Shown piece after piece: positions 1-12,900 of a stretch of 64,000 bases of DNA; position 1 is the stretch's first letter; every line of letters begins with the position of its first letter. Under the pieces are notes generated by a model, which had not been told where the DNA came from, did not search any database, and saw only the letters and a program-made list of their open reading frames with translations. This DNA comes from Vitrella brassicaformis CCMP3155 (Eukaryota > Protista > Chromerida). A program made the position numbers and the translations under genes. Where the stretch lies: the NCBI GenBank assembly GCA_001179505.1, contig CDMY01000908.1:62001-126000 (forward strand), read 5' to 3'.

Positions 1-3000
1 AGTGTGTGGGTCGGTGGATGGATGGCTGGCTGATCGACAGACCAACATACCGAGAGTGTCCTGCCTGCTAATGTGTTGCTACAAGGGCCCCCTTCCCCCC
101 ATGCGTACTAAACTGTCCATACCCTACATGCATACATACATCCGTACGTCCATGTCATGTGTGCGTGCGTGTGCATCGATCAACGTGTCCACTGTCCTGA
201 CTAGCTCAGCTGACTATGCATCCTATACACACATACATACACAGCGCTGTTTCCTGTCGTCTGTATCCACACCTGTCTGTCCCCAGTCATCCTTCTTTCT
301 TCCCTTGCCCGCCCTCCCTCACTCCCTCCCCCCTGCGTGCATTCCTGTCTGCCCACATCCCTCCCTCCATGCGTGCGCTGCATACATCACACTCATCAGG
401 GAAGGTTTGTGGGTGGATAACTAACTTACTCGCTCCCTTGCACGAGGGGCTGCGGAGGTGTGTTGGTCGATTCCTACTGGCGGGGGCTGCGTGGCGGGTG
501 GTGTGCCTGGCTGCCAATTTTGAGTGCTGCAGACAGATACCAAGACAGCTGGCTGTTCAGATGGCTTCTGCGCGTCGAACGGAGGCAGGAGTGATGCCAC
601 ACGCGTGCACGCGCCACACCACTGGGAGCTGGGGAAGGGGATGCATTATCGTGCGTTGCATACTTACATACTTACTTGCCCCTGTGTGCGCGTGTGCGGT
701 GTGTCTGTGGCTGCCTGTGTGTGCGCAGTAATCCTTGGATGGTCTGTCTTTTTCTGCCTTTCTCCTCCGATGTATGTATGTAGGTGCACGTGTATGTGAC
801 CACACCAGGTCTTTAGGCCTTTACATGGTTTAGGCTTTAGACAAGAACACGGACGGGCGGACGGACAGAGAGGAAGAAGTTGCACAGGAGGGGGTGTTGC
901 TCGTCAGTCACCTGACATTTTTTATGATGGCCACTTGTCTCTCCATCTACACAGCTGGGCGGCACATGGAGGCACACACCGGGTGTCCACATTTGCTCCA
1001 CGGGCGTCAGCTAGGTCGGGTGGTCTACTCATTCTTGCCTCCTGTCGGCCCACAACCATCCACCCATCTATCAGAGCAGGCCTCGCACGAGTAGCTAGCC
1101 GGCTGGGCTATCTATCTATCTATCTGTCTGTCTGTCTATCCATCTGTTCGTCTGTCTGTCTGTCTGGGTGAGCACACATGACATGTGCCTCGCTCGAGCT
1201 GCATCGCAGGTCTGTATTTATGTGGGGTGGGGTGGGGCTGGGTGGGTGTCCGCGTGATGTAACTAACGACTTGGTTGTCCTGTGGTTATAGGTAGGTTGT
1301 CCGTGTCTTTCTCTCCTCTTTCTTTCTCTTGGCTGGTCGTTTTTTGCCCTCCTTTTCTTTTCCGCGCTCTCGTTTCTCGCTCGCTCGCTGAAAACGAGTC
1401 AGTCAGTCTCTGATGCAATCCAAGTATTTCCTCTCGTCTCGTCTTGTCTTCTCCTGTCTTATCTTATCTCTCCAACAATCCATTTGAGTGTCCGTCCCTC
1501 TCGGTCAGCTAATCAACTTGGTCTGCCTTACACCCGCTGCTTCTCGGTCTCTCTTCTCACTCACGGACGGCATTTGGATAAAAGACCCGGCTCGCGTGTG
1601 TGTCCTCGTCTGACGTGGGGTGTGTGAGTACGTCTGAGTGAGTCTGTCCTCTGTCTTTGCCGGATGGTGTGTGTGGCGGTGGCTGGGAGGAGAGTGTGTG
1701 TGTTTGCCGGATAGTGACTTTTTACGCACGTGTCACGTGCTACAAGACAGATGCCTGCCTGCCTGGCCGGAATCAATCTTTCTTCTCACATTTTTGGGCT
1801 GCCCGTGTGTCGAGCTCGTCTCCCGTACGCGTGTGTCTCCGTCTGCGCCTTGCCTTGCCTTGCTGTCCACAAATGCACGTACACACACATCACATAATTC
1901 AGCCCACACGCCACCTACTCACAGCACACATACAATACACGTACACTCACTCACGATCCACCCCCTTATCGGATGTGCACACGGACGGGCTCGGTGTTTC
2001 TCAAGGCTGGGTGGCTACGTGCTCCACTAGATAGATGGTGATTGAATGACCAGTTAGTACTGGGCTCCTCTCTTTTTCTTACCACTTGAGTGGCCACGCT
2101 CTTAGTCAGCCAGTCAGTCAGTCATGTGTGAATGAAGTGGCGTTGTGTGTGTGTGTGTCGGCTGGCTGCAAGTTTAATCAAATGCCACTGGAGGGCGGGT
2201 GCAGCTCCCAGCCCCCCCGGCCGACTGACTGACCGACGTACGTAGGTACATGCATACAGGCAGGCGCTTGGTACGGTTTACACCGTATCTCTATGTGTGT
2301 GTGGCGTGGGTGTGGGTGTGGGTGGGTACCTGACTGACTGATGCGATGCGTGAAGCACGGATGCATGATTCCTGTGTGTGTGCTGCATGTGAGTAGCTAG
2401 CTGGCGACGTGCGATGCGGACACGTGTATGTTTCCCCCGTTGGATGGTTGGATGGATGGATGGATGGTAGCCTCTCCTCCCACGTGTGCGTGTGTATGGA
2501 TGACATGCTGCGTGTGGCAACTTGTTGAGTCAACGCACTGCGTTTATTGCGGCGTTGGGAAGCAGAAAACGCGATCCCGCGGCCCATATCTACATTCCTT
2601 CCGTCCGCAAGCTAGCTGGTCGGAAAGGTTCCCAGTGTTTTTCGCAATCCGATGAACCGCAGAGAGACAAGTGGTAGTGCATGGCTGGCAAGAGATGCAC
2701 ACACAGACAGACGTCCGCACACGCACGTCCGCTCAGGAGTCCCGGTATCCACACGGAGGGTCCTCATTCATTCTCTCATTCATCCATGCACTCACACGGG
2801 CCAGTCACCTGAGACCATCGACCCACCCACCCCACCGACAGGCAGGACACCCTCCCCTCTCACGCATCCACCCCTCCAGTCCTCCCCCTTGGTGCCTCCT
2901 GCCTGTCTCTGTGTCTGGTCTGTGGGTGACTGGGTGTGGTGTCTCTCAGCTACACTACGATGCTGTCAGACAGACATACAGACAGACAGCCTGGCCAAAC

Positions 3001-3064
3001 AACACACACACACACACACACACGAAAATAGACAGCAGAACTACAGGTATCTTGCTCTCACCGT

Positions 3065-5612
3065 CTAGGGGCCACGAGTTGCCAACAGCGAAATGTCCTC
3101 AACGTCATCATGTTCCCGTGTGTCGATGGTGAAGCCGCCCACTCGAGTGCCGTAGGGGATCACCTCACGAATGGCATCGCGAAGGTCGCCAAGCTCATCC
3201 AGCAGCTCCACCGCCACACGCCTCAGGCCGCGGACACCAGTGTTGAGCAGAGTCGACAGGCCGTCGCGGATGATGTCGGCGGCGGCAGAGGCCTCCAACC
3301 CTTGGGGCACTGAATGACGACACACAGGCAAGGCGGATGGACACACACACAAGATGAATCGACGAGCACCTTCCTGCACTCACTGCGCTCCCGGCATACC
3401 TTCTAAGCGCATGCCTATGTTGCTAATCGACGGGAGGCGATTCAACCCCCAGCCGTCAAAGGGGCCGCCCTGCGTGAGACTGACCGCATCTCCCTCCCCG
3501 CCTACACGGACATTTCCCACCTCCCTCCCCGCCCCCAGCGCCTCCAGCACACCGATCCTATCCTGTGCACTGACCGCTACATCAAACCACACACGCCCCA
3601 CCTGCATGGGCATCTTCTCTGCGAGCAGCCGGCCCACAGGACCGCCCACAGGGCTGTAGACACGCAGCTCTCTCGCCCTCGGGAATGGCTGCAGGTGCTC
3701 GATGATGGCTGGGGTGGGTGGGGTGGTGCCGGGTGGGGGGCCGAAGCCATTAGCACTGCGAACCACCAACCCCCAGCACTCGAATGAGAGGCTCGATGCG
3801 ATCTCGATGGCCGCCTGGCTGGGTGTGTGGATGGGGTGAGTGATGTCGTCCTGACTGATGGTGCACGACACATGCGACGTCCGCCGGGCCGCCTCCTGGA
3901 TGGTCGTCTTGATGAAGGGGGAGGGGCGAGAGGGGAAGTCGTCGGCGTAGAAAAGGGACAGCTCGAAGCCCTCACTGGCGTAGAAAATCTCCACGCTGAG
4001 CGGCACGTCCGGCGAGACGCAGCAGGTGTTGATGAAGTCGTCGACAGCCAGCAGGTGTTCAAGGACCTGGTCCTTGAACGGTGGGATCTCCACGTCGAGG
4101 CTCGTCAACGCCTCGCGGCAGCCACGCGATGAGAGCACATCCTAGAAAGAAGCAAAGAGAGAAGGACACAGTTCGTGTGTGTGCACAACAGGTGAGGCCT
4201 CCCGTGTGTGATGATTGTCTACCTGCAGTCGTCTCACTTCTTCCCCCTCGAAGCCCCCACGTGCGATCCCTCCGATGGTCCGGAGGCGTCTGAGCGGCCC
4301 TGGCCGGCCGGCGGATGCGACGGGGAAGTGCTCAAACAAAGTCGCCCACTCCCCCCAGCTCCGCCGCCCTCCCACCTCTTTCAGCGAGGAGGACGACCTG
4401 ATGAATCGGCCCAGCTGTTTGTGATCCAACCCCCCTAGATCGACATACTCGAGTGCGGGCATCTTCCAGCCCCTGTCGGCCAGCTCACGGTGCTCTCTGA
4501 CGGCACCAGTGACAGCCCTGAGGGCAGGGAGAGTGGGGGGCGGGGCGAAGAATGAATGATGAAGGTCTAAGGGCAGGCTGGTGGTGGTGGTGGTAATGGT
4601 GGTAGTGGCGGTGGTGAATTCGATGGTCTCCAGCGATCCCTCCGCCATGTGCTGGTGCCCCTCCTTCTCGCGCGCCTCGCGCCGCCCGTCCGCATGACCC
4701 TCCACGACGCTTATCATGCTGCCCAGACACCACGACTGGTCCAGGTCCAGGTCGAGGGCCAGATACCACGACTGGTCGGGGTATGGCTGCACGAGGCTGA
4801 GGGCTGTCAGATTGACGAGCTTTTTGCCGAGCTGGAAGGCCTCCTCAGTGGTCATGTTGTACCAGAATTGGCTGTCTGCCTCGGTGCTGCAGTCGATGTC
4901 GATGTGTGTCTGCTGGCGAAGGGCCCCCTTGCGGACTTGCGGCCACTGCTTGGAGAGGGTTGGGAGGGCTGACAGCTCGCGGGGGGTCATGAAGCTGAAG
5001 ACACATGTCAGGTGGTCGTCGCCAAGACCACGAGGGGCCTGAAGCAAAACACAAGACAACGAGAGAGGAAGGCGCATGAGAGTCAGCCGCGTCACGAGTG
5101 TGGCTGTGTGCGTGTACCATTGTGTAATCCTCCTGATGAGCAGAGTTCTTGTGAGTGAGGCGGAAGCCCCCATGCGCCTGGGCGTACACACACCACACGC
5201 ACATGCGATGGGTGAGTGGACGGACGTGTGGACGCCACGTGTACTCTACCTGCTGGTCATGCGGTGATGTGTTGGTCTTGCTATGCGGCACCACCAGACG
5301 GAACTCCTCTCTCCCCCCTACCTCCCTCATGGACACTTTCGCCGCCCCGCTGGTCTGATCGAGGCGATACACGTCGGCCTTGACCCACCGCTGCTTGCCC
5401 TTCTCCCGCCCGCTGGTCACCATCTGCACGCGACTGCCCTCCTTGTAACGGCACGGCGTCGGGGACGCCATTGCCTAACGAACCGAACAATCAAACGAAC
5501 GAACGAATGAGTCAGTGATGCTCTGACACACGACGTGTGTATGTGTTTGTGCGCCTTGACTGACCTCTGCTTGAGGGCTAGCAGCAGATGAAGATGAAGC
5601 CGCCGCTGCCAT
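3065..5612 (-). CDS. Lineage-specific multi-exon protein: N-terminal Tudor/Agenet-like beta-barrel, F-box-like motif and degenerate LRR-like body (expanded Vitrella-type family)
   Basis: In-frame exons: MAAAASSSSAASPQAE (5612-5565, GT donor); AMASPTPCRYKEGSRVQMV...W-K-A-D-V (from 5474); APRGLGDDHLTCVFSFMTPRELSALPTLSKQW (F-box-like); ...DRGWKMPALEYVDLGG...; last exon ends ...EDISLLATRGP* at 3065. GT-AG boundaries seen. Confidence 0.75.
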
Positions 5613-5940
5613 AGCTATACTCAACCACGGCTGACAAGAAGGGCACAGAGGTGGACATCTCTCCCGTCGTTCATTTGCTGCCAGCAGAATCCAATGAGCG
5701 ATGGCCTCTGTGTCGGCCGAGGCTTCCTATCGAGGAGGCCGACCTCCCCAGGGCACTCACGCCGACTCAATGAGTGCTAACACGCTAATTCATTTATCAG
5801 AGGCGAGCTCACTGGCCAGCTCGCGATCTGGGAGGATGGACTTGTAGTCACTGCAAATGAAAGAGAAAAAGGCAGCCGCAGACAGCCGACATGGTTCATT
5901 CTGCAGGAGAGGCAGCACATTCATCTTCCCCCGCAGTCAC

Positions 5941-5998
5941 GGGCTTCAAACCCTGAAACCCAACCCTGGCCATGGCGAGAATCGCGCGGAACAGAGAC
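5941..5998 (+). repeat. Cassette 5' motif, copy A (GGGCTTCAAACCCTGAAACCC...GGCGAGAATCGCGCGGAACAGAGAC)
   Basis: Near-identical bipartite motif recurs at 39156-39207; both copies lie in divergent intergenic regions. Confidence 0.8.
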
Positions 5999-6150
5999 GA
6001 GCGTTCTCCGCCAGCAAAAAGAACTTCTTCCAAACTCCTGCAACCCAGCCATTTAATGAAGACACGCCTGTGCAAGAACGCCCGCACCGTACACTGCCGT
6101 CATGCTCTCCCACTACTGGACCTCCCTCTCGTTGTTCGGTCATTTTTCAG

Positions 6151-7779
6151 GCTGCCAAGCGGAGCTCATCAAGGCGCACGAGCAGAAGGGCATGAAGACA
6201 GACGTTTCGACCAACACGTCAGAGGGCAGCGGCACGTAAGTGAGACCAACCAATCGATACGCCCCACTCGTGTGGCCGTCCATACTGGCTGCATCTGGCT
6301 GTGCAGACAAACAACCCTCTGGACGACCCCGAGCTGGTGACCTTCGAGAGGTCGACAATGACCCAAATGCTGGCGAGCCCCTGCAAGGTACGGGCACTCC
6401 ACAGAGGGAATGAATCGTCCACACCTCCTTACCTGCAGGCTGGCCATGGGGTCCGGAGGAAATGCCGGTGTACCGGTTCGACATGAGCAAGCCGTGAGGG
6501 GGTGCGTACGTAGATGGACAGACGGACACACGTGAATGAATGAATGCATCATCCATTTATGTGTCGTGTGTGTATGTGTGCGGCACAGAGGTGTTGGAGG
6601 ACTTAGAGACGTGCCTGGCCAGCTGTACCACCGAGTATCAGCTGTGGCTCCTCTTCTCGAGCTGGGCCAGCTCATGAAGTATCAGATGGCCCACCTCGAG
6701 AGTTGCCGCTCTGCCAAGGTCATTCATCGAGACATCAACCTGACGAACGTCATGTTTCCGGGACGGTGGGGAGGGCGGCTGCGGGCCATGTTAATCGACA
6801 TGACGAGATCACTGCTGATCGACGTCGATAACGACCAGAAGCAGGCGAAGTACGTCGGCCGTGGGGAGAGCATGGTCAGCACATTTGCTTACGCGAGCAA
6901 ATGGAGCCTCCGCGGCTATCAGCAGGGCCCACGGTGAGCAAAGCAAGAAAGTGACACAGATGAGCCATGCACCAACAGCGCGCTTCGCCCACCGGCAGGA
7001 TGACCGAGGAGGAGATGCTCCACTTCGGAGGCGTCATCTTCATCCAACTGCTCAAGAGTGAGTAAATGTCGATTGTCATCCATGAGCCAGCAAGGGTCCA
7101 TTCATGCGTGTGTGTGCGTGTGCGTGCTTGTGTGTGCGCAGTGCTCTCCACACGTAACCCGCAATTGACGATTCGCACCCTCAGTCAATCAGCGACTCAC
7201 TCACATCACAGACAGACAGACAGACAGGCACGCATACGATCAACCGACATATGTCCCAGGGGTGTGCGTCCACTTTGTTGGTTTTGACGCAGAAAAGTCT
7301 TCATCGAGGCCGTCGTACAAGACAACCACAGCCACGAGCTGCACCTGGGGCGGGCGGACATCATGGTCGTGGGAAAACCGAACTCCAATGCCCCCCTCGA
7401 CGCCACTCTGGACGGCGGCCAGACAGGTAGGGCTGACGATTGGCTTGACAGGGAAACGGCTCAGTTAAGACAGACGAGTGGTAATGTGCGGAGGGAGAGC
7501 GTGCCGTGCCGTGCCGTGCCGTGCCGTGTGTGGTGTCCTTCTTGCTGCTGTGTTCGTGCTGCCCTGCCTTTTTAATCGCTGGCTGGAGGCCAGAGAAGGC
7601 CGCTATTTGTCTGGCGGCCAGAGATGGATACACATCACTGGTACGGCCACCCCACTCAGGCATCCATCTCCCTCCCCGTCTCTGTCTTTCAGTCGGTGTC
7701 TCGCCGATGCCCACGGAAGGCATCGCAGGATCGCTGCTTACATTTTATATTCTCAAGATTGGTTCAGTGACTCAGACAG
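6151..7779 (+). pseudogene. Degenerate protein kinase-like locus (kinase 1), probably frameshifted
   Basis: Catalytic-loop exon KVIHRDINLTNVMF...AMLIDMTRS (DFG replaced by DMT). A Gly-loop-like MGSGGNAGV and the following YRFDMSK are in different frames. No VAIK or alphaC exon seen. DLETCLASCTTEYQLWLLFSSW is out of frame with QLMKYQMAHLE. Confidence 0.6.
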
Positions 7780-8171
7780 AATGCGTATGGATGGTAAGAA
7801 GAAACGCGATGGATGGATGACACACGGAGCCACGACACACTCGAGACTCGCATCGTGTGTTCGCAGGCCAAGTGGAGACCATGGGTGACACCGATTGTGT
7901 GTATGCAAGCCAGGCTGGCTCTGTGGATAGCATCCCTTCAGGCCAGCGACGCCGATACCCTGCCACCGTCCCCGCCTACTGTGTCAACCGTCGAGTTTCA
8001 GCTTTTCATATCGTGACGGTTTTTATGCCTGTGCGCGTTGGGACGGGTAGGAAGAGTCTCACGTGCCCGTTGAGCCCTCTCTCCTCATGATTGATGTACA
8101 CTCGAAGACATATACAGCAGTCTGCCGGCACGGCGTGGGCCAGAGACATGCCATCGGTATCGACAATGCAC

Positions 8172-9801
8172 TCACCAATCTGGCTTCCACCACAAGTTGG
8201 CTCCACCGCTCTTCGACCCTTGGAACTCCGCCTGCTGTCTGTCCAAATTGAACGCAATCCCCGCTGGACCCGTCGGCTTCCGCCTCCGCTTTGCCTTCCT
8301 CGTTGACACATTAAGGGCCTCCAGCGAGCGGGACCGATGCCTCGGTTGGTCCTTGCCGTCGGGTGATGTGACTGTCTTGTGCACCAGTGTGCTGGTCACC
8401 ACCACCTTCTTGTCTTCATCGCGAGAGGCGAGACAGAAGCTGGCAAAGCTTTGCTCATCTCTCTGGTAGCCCCCGGCTGTCGGAATTGCCAGAACGATTG
8501 GTTGATCCGCAATTTGAAGGGATGCTGGTACGCTGGGGCTGTTCAAGGGCGTCGCCGTGTTTCTGCAAGGGATGGCCTGCCTGCCACCCCACACACCACA
8601 CCACACCGACGTCCGCTGACACGAAAGCCGGCCTCAAATGCATGGTCTCACCCACTCACTCACGTGTGTTGTCTTGTTTGTTGGTGCAATCTCTGTGCGT
8701 GTCTCCAGGCCCCCTGAATCCGCCTGGCTGCCCTGTCATAGAGCACCCATTGCCGTTGTGGGAACCACCTGCGCCAGAATGTCTACATGACCGACACACA
8801 GCACACGAAACGAACATACAATGTCATGCTGACCAGTGTACCGTACGGACAGCTAGAGCACGTACTCACTCAGACACGTACGCACATACCATACACAGAT
8901 GGGCTAGGCTAACACAGATCCATACGTGTATCAGTATACATACCTGTATTTTCGCCGCCGCCCCATGTTCGTGTCTCAGCAGAGCTGCATTACATGCCGT
9001 GATCATGTCGTCCAACTGCCACTCAAGCTTCAGAGACAAGTGTCTCGCCCTGACCTCGGACACCTGGAACCTTTCGCTGCAGAGACGGAGATACAAGTGT
9101 CGAGCCAACATGCCGCGGACGTGTGCCTGCACAAACAACACAAACAAGACCATCTGTGTGGGCTCCCTTGTCCCTGGCTACTTTGCCACTTGTATGCATG
9201 TCGCTGCTCGATTCAGCTCCCTGTGTGTGTGCCCGAGCCCGAGAAAGAAGAGAAGAATAGGCACCATTTGCATACGAGACAGTCGGGCGACACCCTTTGC
9301 CCTCCTGCTTTAAGTCTACCTTCTTCGGTGTTTGATGAGGTGAAGCGAGCGCTCGAATCGATTGACCCTCTCACGGACGCCAACGATCTTTCTCGCCATC
9401 GCGGACCTCACCCACTTAGAAGAGAGTTCCTCGGCAGACAGCCTTGCAATTTGGCTCTTTATCAGCTGTATTCTTTCATGAGATGCCCTCAGCTGATGCC
9501 CCTCCCCTCTCCGCTTCGGCTTGTCCTGTTGTTGCGGTTCCAGTGAGATTCGTGGCGTCTCCCCCGTCTCCCCATGGTTTTGTCTCGTTTCTGAATCATT
9601 GACGTCGAACACCTGGGGACCGAATGTGAAGGAATGGCTGAATGCAGCAGCAGCAGTGGGGGCTCCTCCGGAGGACGGACGACTGGAGTAGTCCACAGAC
9701 GGTGCATGAGTGGCGACGGGACTGCTGGGCTTCTTGGCATGGGACCATTCTTCACTGTTTCGAGAGGATGGAAGGCGAAAGTACCCAAACTCAGCCGTCA
9801 T
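8172..9801 (-). CDS. IQ calmodulin-binding motif protein (three IQ-like motifs)
   Basis: Splicing joins RAATCIQ|AHVRGMLARHLY, AAAKIQ|TFWRRW and AARRIQGAWRHAQ. The upstream exon 9801-9318 splices in frame (RR|RELNR). Last exon ends WWKPDW* at 8172. Start uncertain; it may be continuous with DIS3L2. Confidence 0.7.
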
Positions 9802-9930
9802 TTTGCGCTTTGCCAGCAATGGAACCAAAACAAGTGTAATCCTGGCTAGTGTGGGGCCAGGGAAGGGGGGTTTCTTGGCCGTTCAGCCGCAATTCGCATT
9901 ATGTCATGTGCATCGGCGTGTCAGATTGCG

Positions 9931-12900
9931 TCAATCAATGGCCAAGGAAAGCGACCATCTGCGAGTCCCAGGAGTGAGATACACCCGCCGGGACATGCCC
10001 CTTCGCAGTGTCTCCGCCGCCCCACCGCCACCCACATGCTGTACACGCACACTCTCTACAGACGATGTCTCAACCGCGCACTCGACGTCGACATATCCAG
10101 GCAGCTCGTCTTCGCAGACACGTTCCTCACTAGATGCTGACGCCTCCTGCTGCCCACCGCTACCGGCGACCGACAGCAGATCGATGCCGAGTTTGTCAAA
10201 CGAGAGCGACCTGTGTGTTCCACACAACCGACGACATGTATGCACATCCATCTCTGGTTGGTTGAGAGTCAGTCACCTCGACTGTCCCAGGAGAGGAACG
10301 AAGAAAACAACAGCACACCGCCTCCTCAGCTGATGGGCAGGTGGAATCAAGATACGCACGCACACACAATTGGGTCCGGTGGCAGAGAGCATCCATGTCG
10401 TTGGCTAGGTACCTCCTCTGTGTCTTGGTCACGTGAATGTGGGACGATGATGCTGGTGATGACGGCGCCATCATAAGGCCAGCCCCGCTCCGGGTGATGC
10501 TTCTGGAGGAAGGCGTTGAACAACAGGTTGCGGCAATCGATCTGGGCATCCTGACACACACATACAACGCAGCCTCACAGGGATACCTCCTCATTTGCCA
10601 AAAGGTCGGCCTGCGTGGTCTCTCTTTCAGTCCACTCACTCACTTCTCCGCCCACCTCGGCACTCTTCTTCTTCTCGTTGCACTGCCCGCAGTCAGACTG
10701 CAACAATGCAGAAGCGCCAAGCCGTTGAGTGACACGACATGTAGTGAGTTGATTGAATGCCCACCCACTTGCTGTTGTTCTGCTCATCCGTCCGTACATA
10801 CCTACCTGTAGCTGTTTGAGCTCAAATGGAAGCGGCCGACAGTACACAGACGCCGTCAGCCTGAGTGATGTCATTCAGACCAAATGAGGGAGGACATCCG
10901 ACAAAGGAACACACCCACGCCATGCTTTTCCTTCCTTCTTGAGTGGGCATTGTGGGTTGGGGATACACATCCATACATTCTGTGTACGAGCACATCGGCG
11001 TATCGACGAATTGGCGAAGTGAAGTGCATGTATGCCGGCAGAGCCAGGCCCCAGTGGCTGCACAAACAACGCACAACGCACACGACATCCCTTAAGGACA
11101 GGTGCCTGGCAGGGCAGGTCAACTTTGAGAGTCCCCTCCCCCTCTTGTGTGTATCTCTGCCTGCCCTGCCTACCCCCAGGTGTCTTCGGTCGATGACCCC
11201 ACTGCGAAGTACTCGGCGGGGTTGAACTCGGTGAGAGCAGCGAATGAGGCCGCCTGATGGATAGATAGATAGGTGGGTCCATAGCACGGGCGAAAAGAGT
11301 CACGAATGAGCCTAACTGCGGTATGGGCAATCTCGGCTACCGTGTGCGTGTGTACCTGGTATGCGGCTGGGCTGAGGCGCGCCTTGCAGAGGTCGAGAAG
11401 AGCCTGGAGAGAGAAGGGGTAAGATTTGGCGTCACGGACCACACCGCCACCCTCAAGAGTCGACCCGTCACTGTCCTCATGCATCTCCGGCCTGCCCAGC
11501 GTCTCGTACACAACCCGCCTGGCAGACATACAAGAGGCAGCCATCGAGCAGAATGTCTACGTCAGTCACACGGAGTCGAGCCACTGTGTGTAGCGCCTTG
11601 TTTGCCTTCCTCTCGGTCCCGTTCGTGGGAATGTCTGGTTACCTGATGTCGGCAGGGATAGTGTCGAGTGTGCTTTTGATGGCCTTGGTCTCTGCGTTCT
11701 TGTGCCGGCGGAGAATGGCGCTGTGGGGGTCCAAAGCGATCAACCTGAGTAAGTGGACACATCAGTTGACACGACGTAGCTGACTGATGTGTGTTTTGTG
11801 TGCTTCCGCTCTGTCGTGAGGCCAGTCGGCTGTGGCGTGCTGTGAACGTACATTTTGGCGACGACGTGGTTTGCGAGGATCATGAGTTCCTCCACCAGCT
11901 CATGTGACAGGTTGCTGGGCTCCTCCTCATCAACGCCCTCGGGAATGCCGTCTGGTCCAAGAATCAAACGACACTCCGACTCGGCCCGCCCAAGCGTCAC
12001 GGCCCCATCTTGGAGCCGCCTCTCCCGCCTCCTCTGCGCTATGCGGCTCAAGGTCACCAGGTCACACGAAACGGCCTCGGGGATGCCAAAGGAGCCAGCC
12101 ACACGCCGCACACACTCTAATTCCTTCACGGCATCGATGTCATGTAGAAGGGATGCAGGGGGGGTGGGCCCATCAGGCGATGGTCCGTGGTCGAACGAAT
12201 CCAGAACCCGTTGGGCCGTCACATAGTCCAGCCGGCACCTGCCAGGACAGGTGGGAGGGCAAGACAATCAATGATCGATGGTGTTGGTCCATGTATATGT
12301 CATGTATCGCTGGCTCACTTAGAGTGGATGATGGTCTTGTGTATGACCGGAGGCGGTTCGTCGAGCAGCCGACCATCAGCCGTCATAGTGAAGAAGACAG
12401 AGAATGCCAGTCGGGGCGCTGTGGGCAGCAGCGAGCATACGTTCTCACTCAGCGGGGCAGGAAGCATTGGATACACCCTTGCAATGCGATACAGACACAC
12501 ACATAGATGCATCAAGCAGACGGATAGACAGATGTAGGAGGGTACATACTGGTGTACTATGGGCGTTTCGTCGCCTCACTCACTCTCACCTGTTGTCCAG
12601 GTAGCAAGTCGTTGCCCTCTTTCTGGCTTCTTGATCGAGTAAGGTCCCCTCGGTGACAAAATGAGACACGTCAGCCACGTGCACTCCTATCTGCGCACGG
12701 CCGTCCGAGCGACGTTCAAGCGATATTGCGTCATCCAGATCCTGAAATGGCGACAGACGGCAGACAGACGAGGGGAGGACGATGAATGGACACGGAAGCA
12801 TTCTTCGTGTCCGTCTGTCTGTCGGGTTCTCTTGCTTGCGTTGGTACCTTAGCGGTTGGCGGATCGATGGTGAAGACCGTCTGGTCTCGGATGTCCCTCC

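Noticed and set aside
790-842. TTTAGG-like words (TTTAGGCCTTTACATGGTTTAGGCTTTAG) as an interstitial telomere
   Set aside because: Only three imperfect units; not a tandem array.
1-1500. Possible 5' exons of a minus-strand gene running off the window (donor GTAAGT near 428, acceptor near 529)
   Set aside because: No consistent reading frame or recognisable product could be assembled.
4649-4972. Long antisense or alternative-frame ORFs overlapping real exons (also 29303-30085, 30104-30643, 55300-56064, 58300-59481)
   Set aside because: Expected shadows of GC3-rich coding sequence and of microsatellite introns (THTHT, CVCVC peptides).
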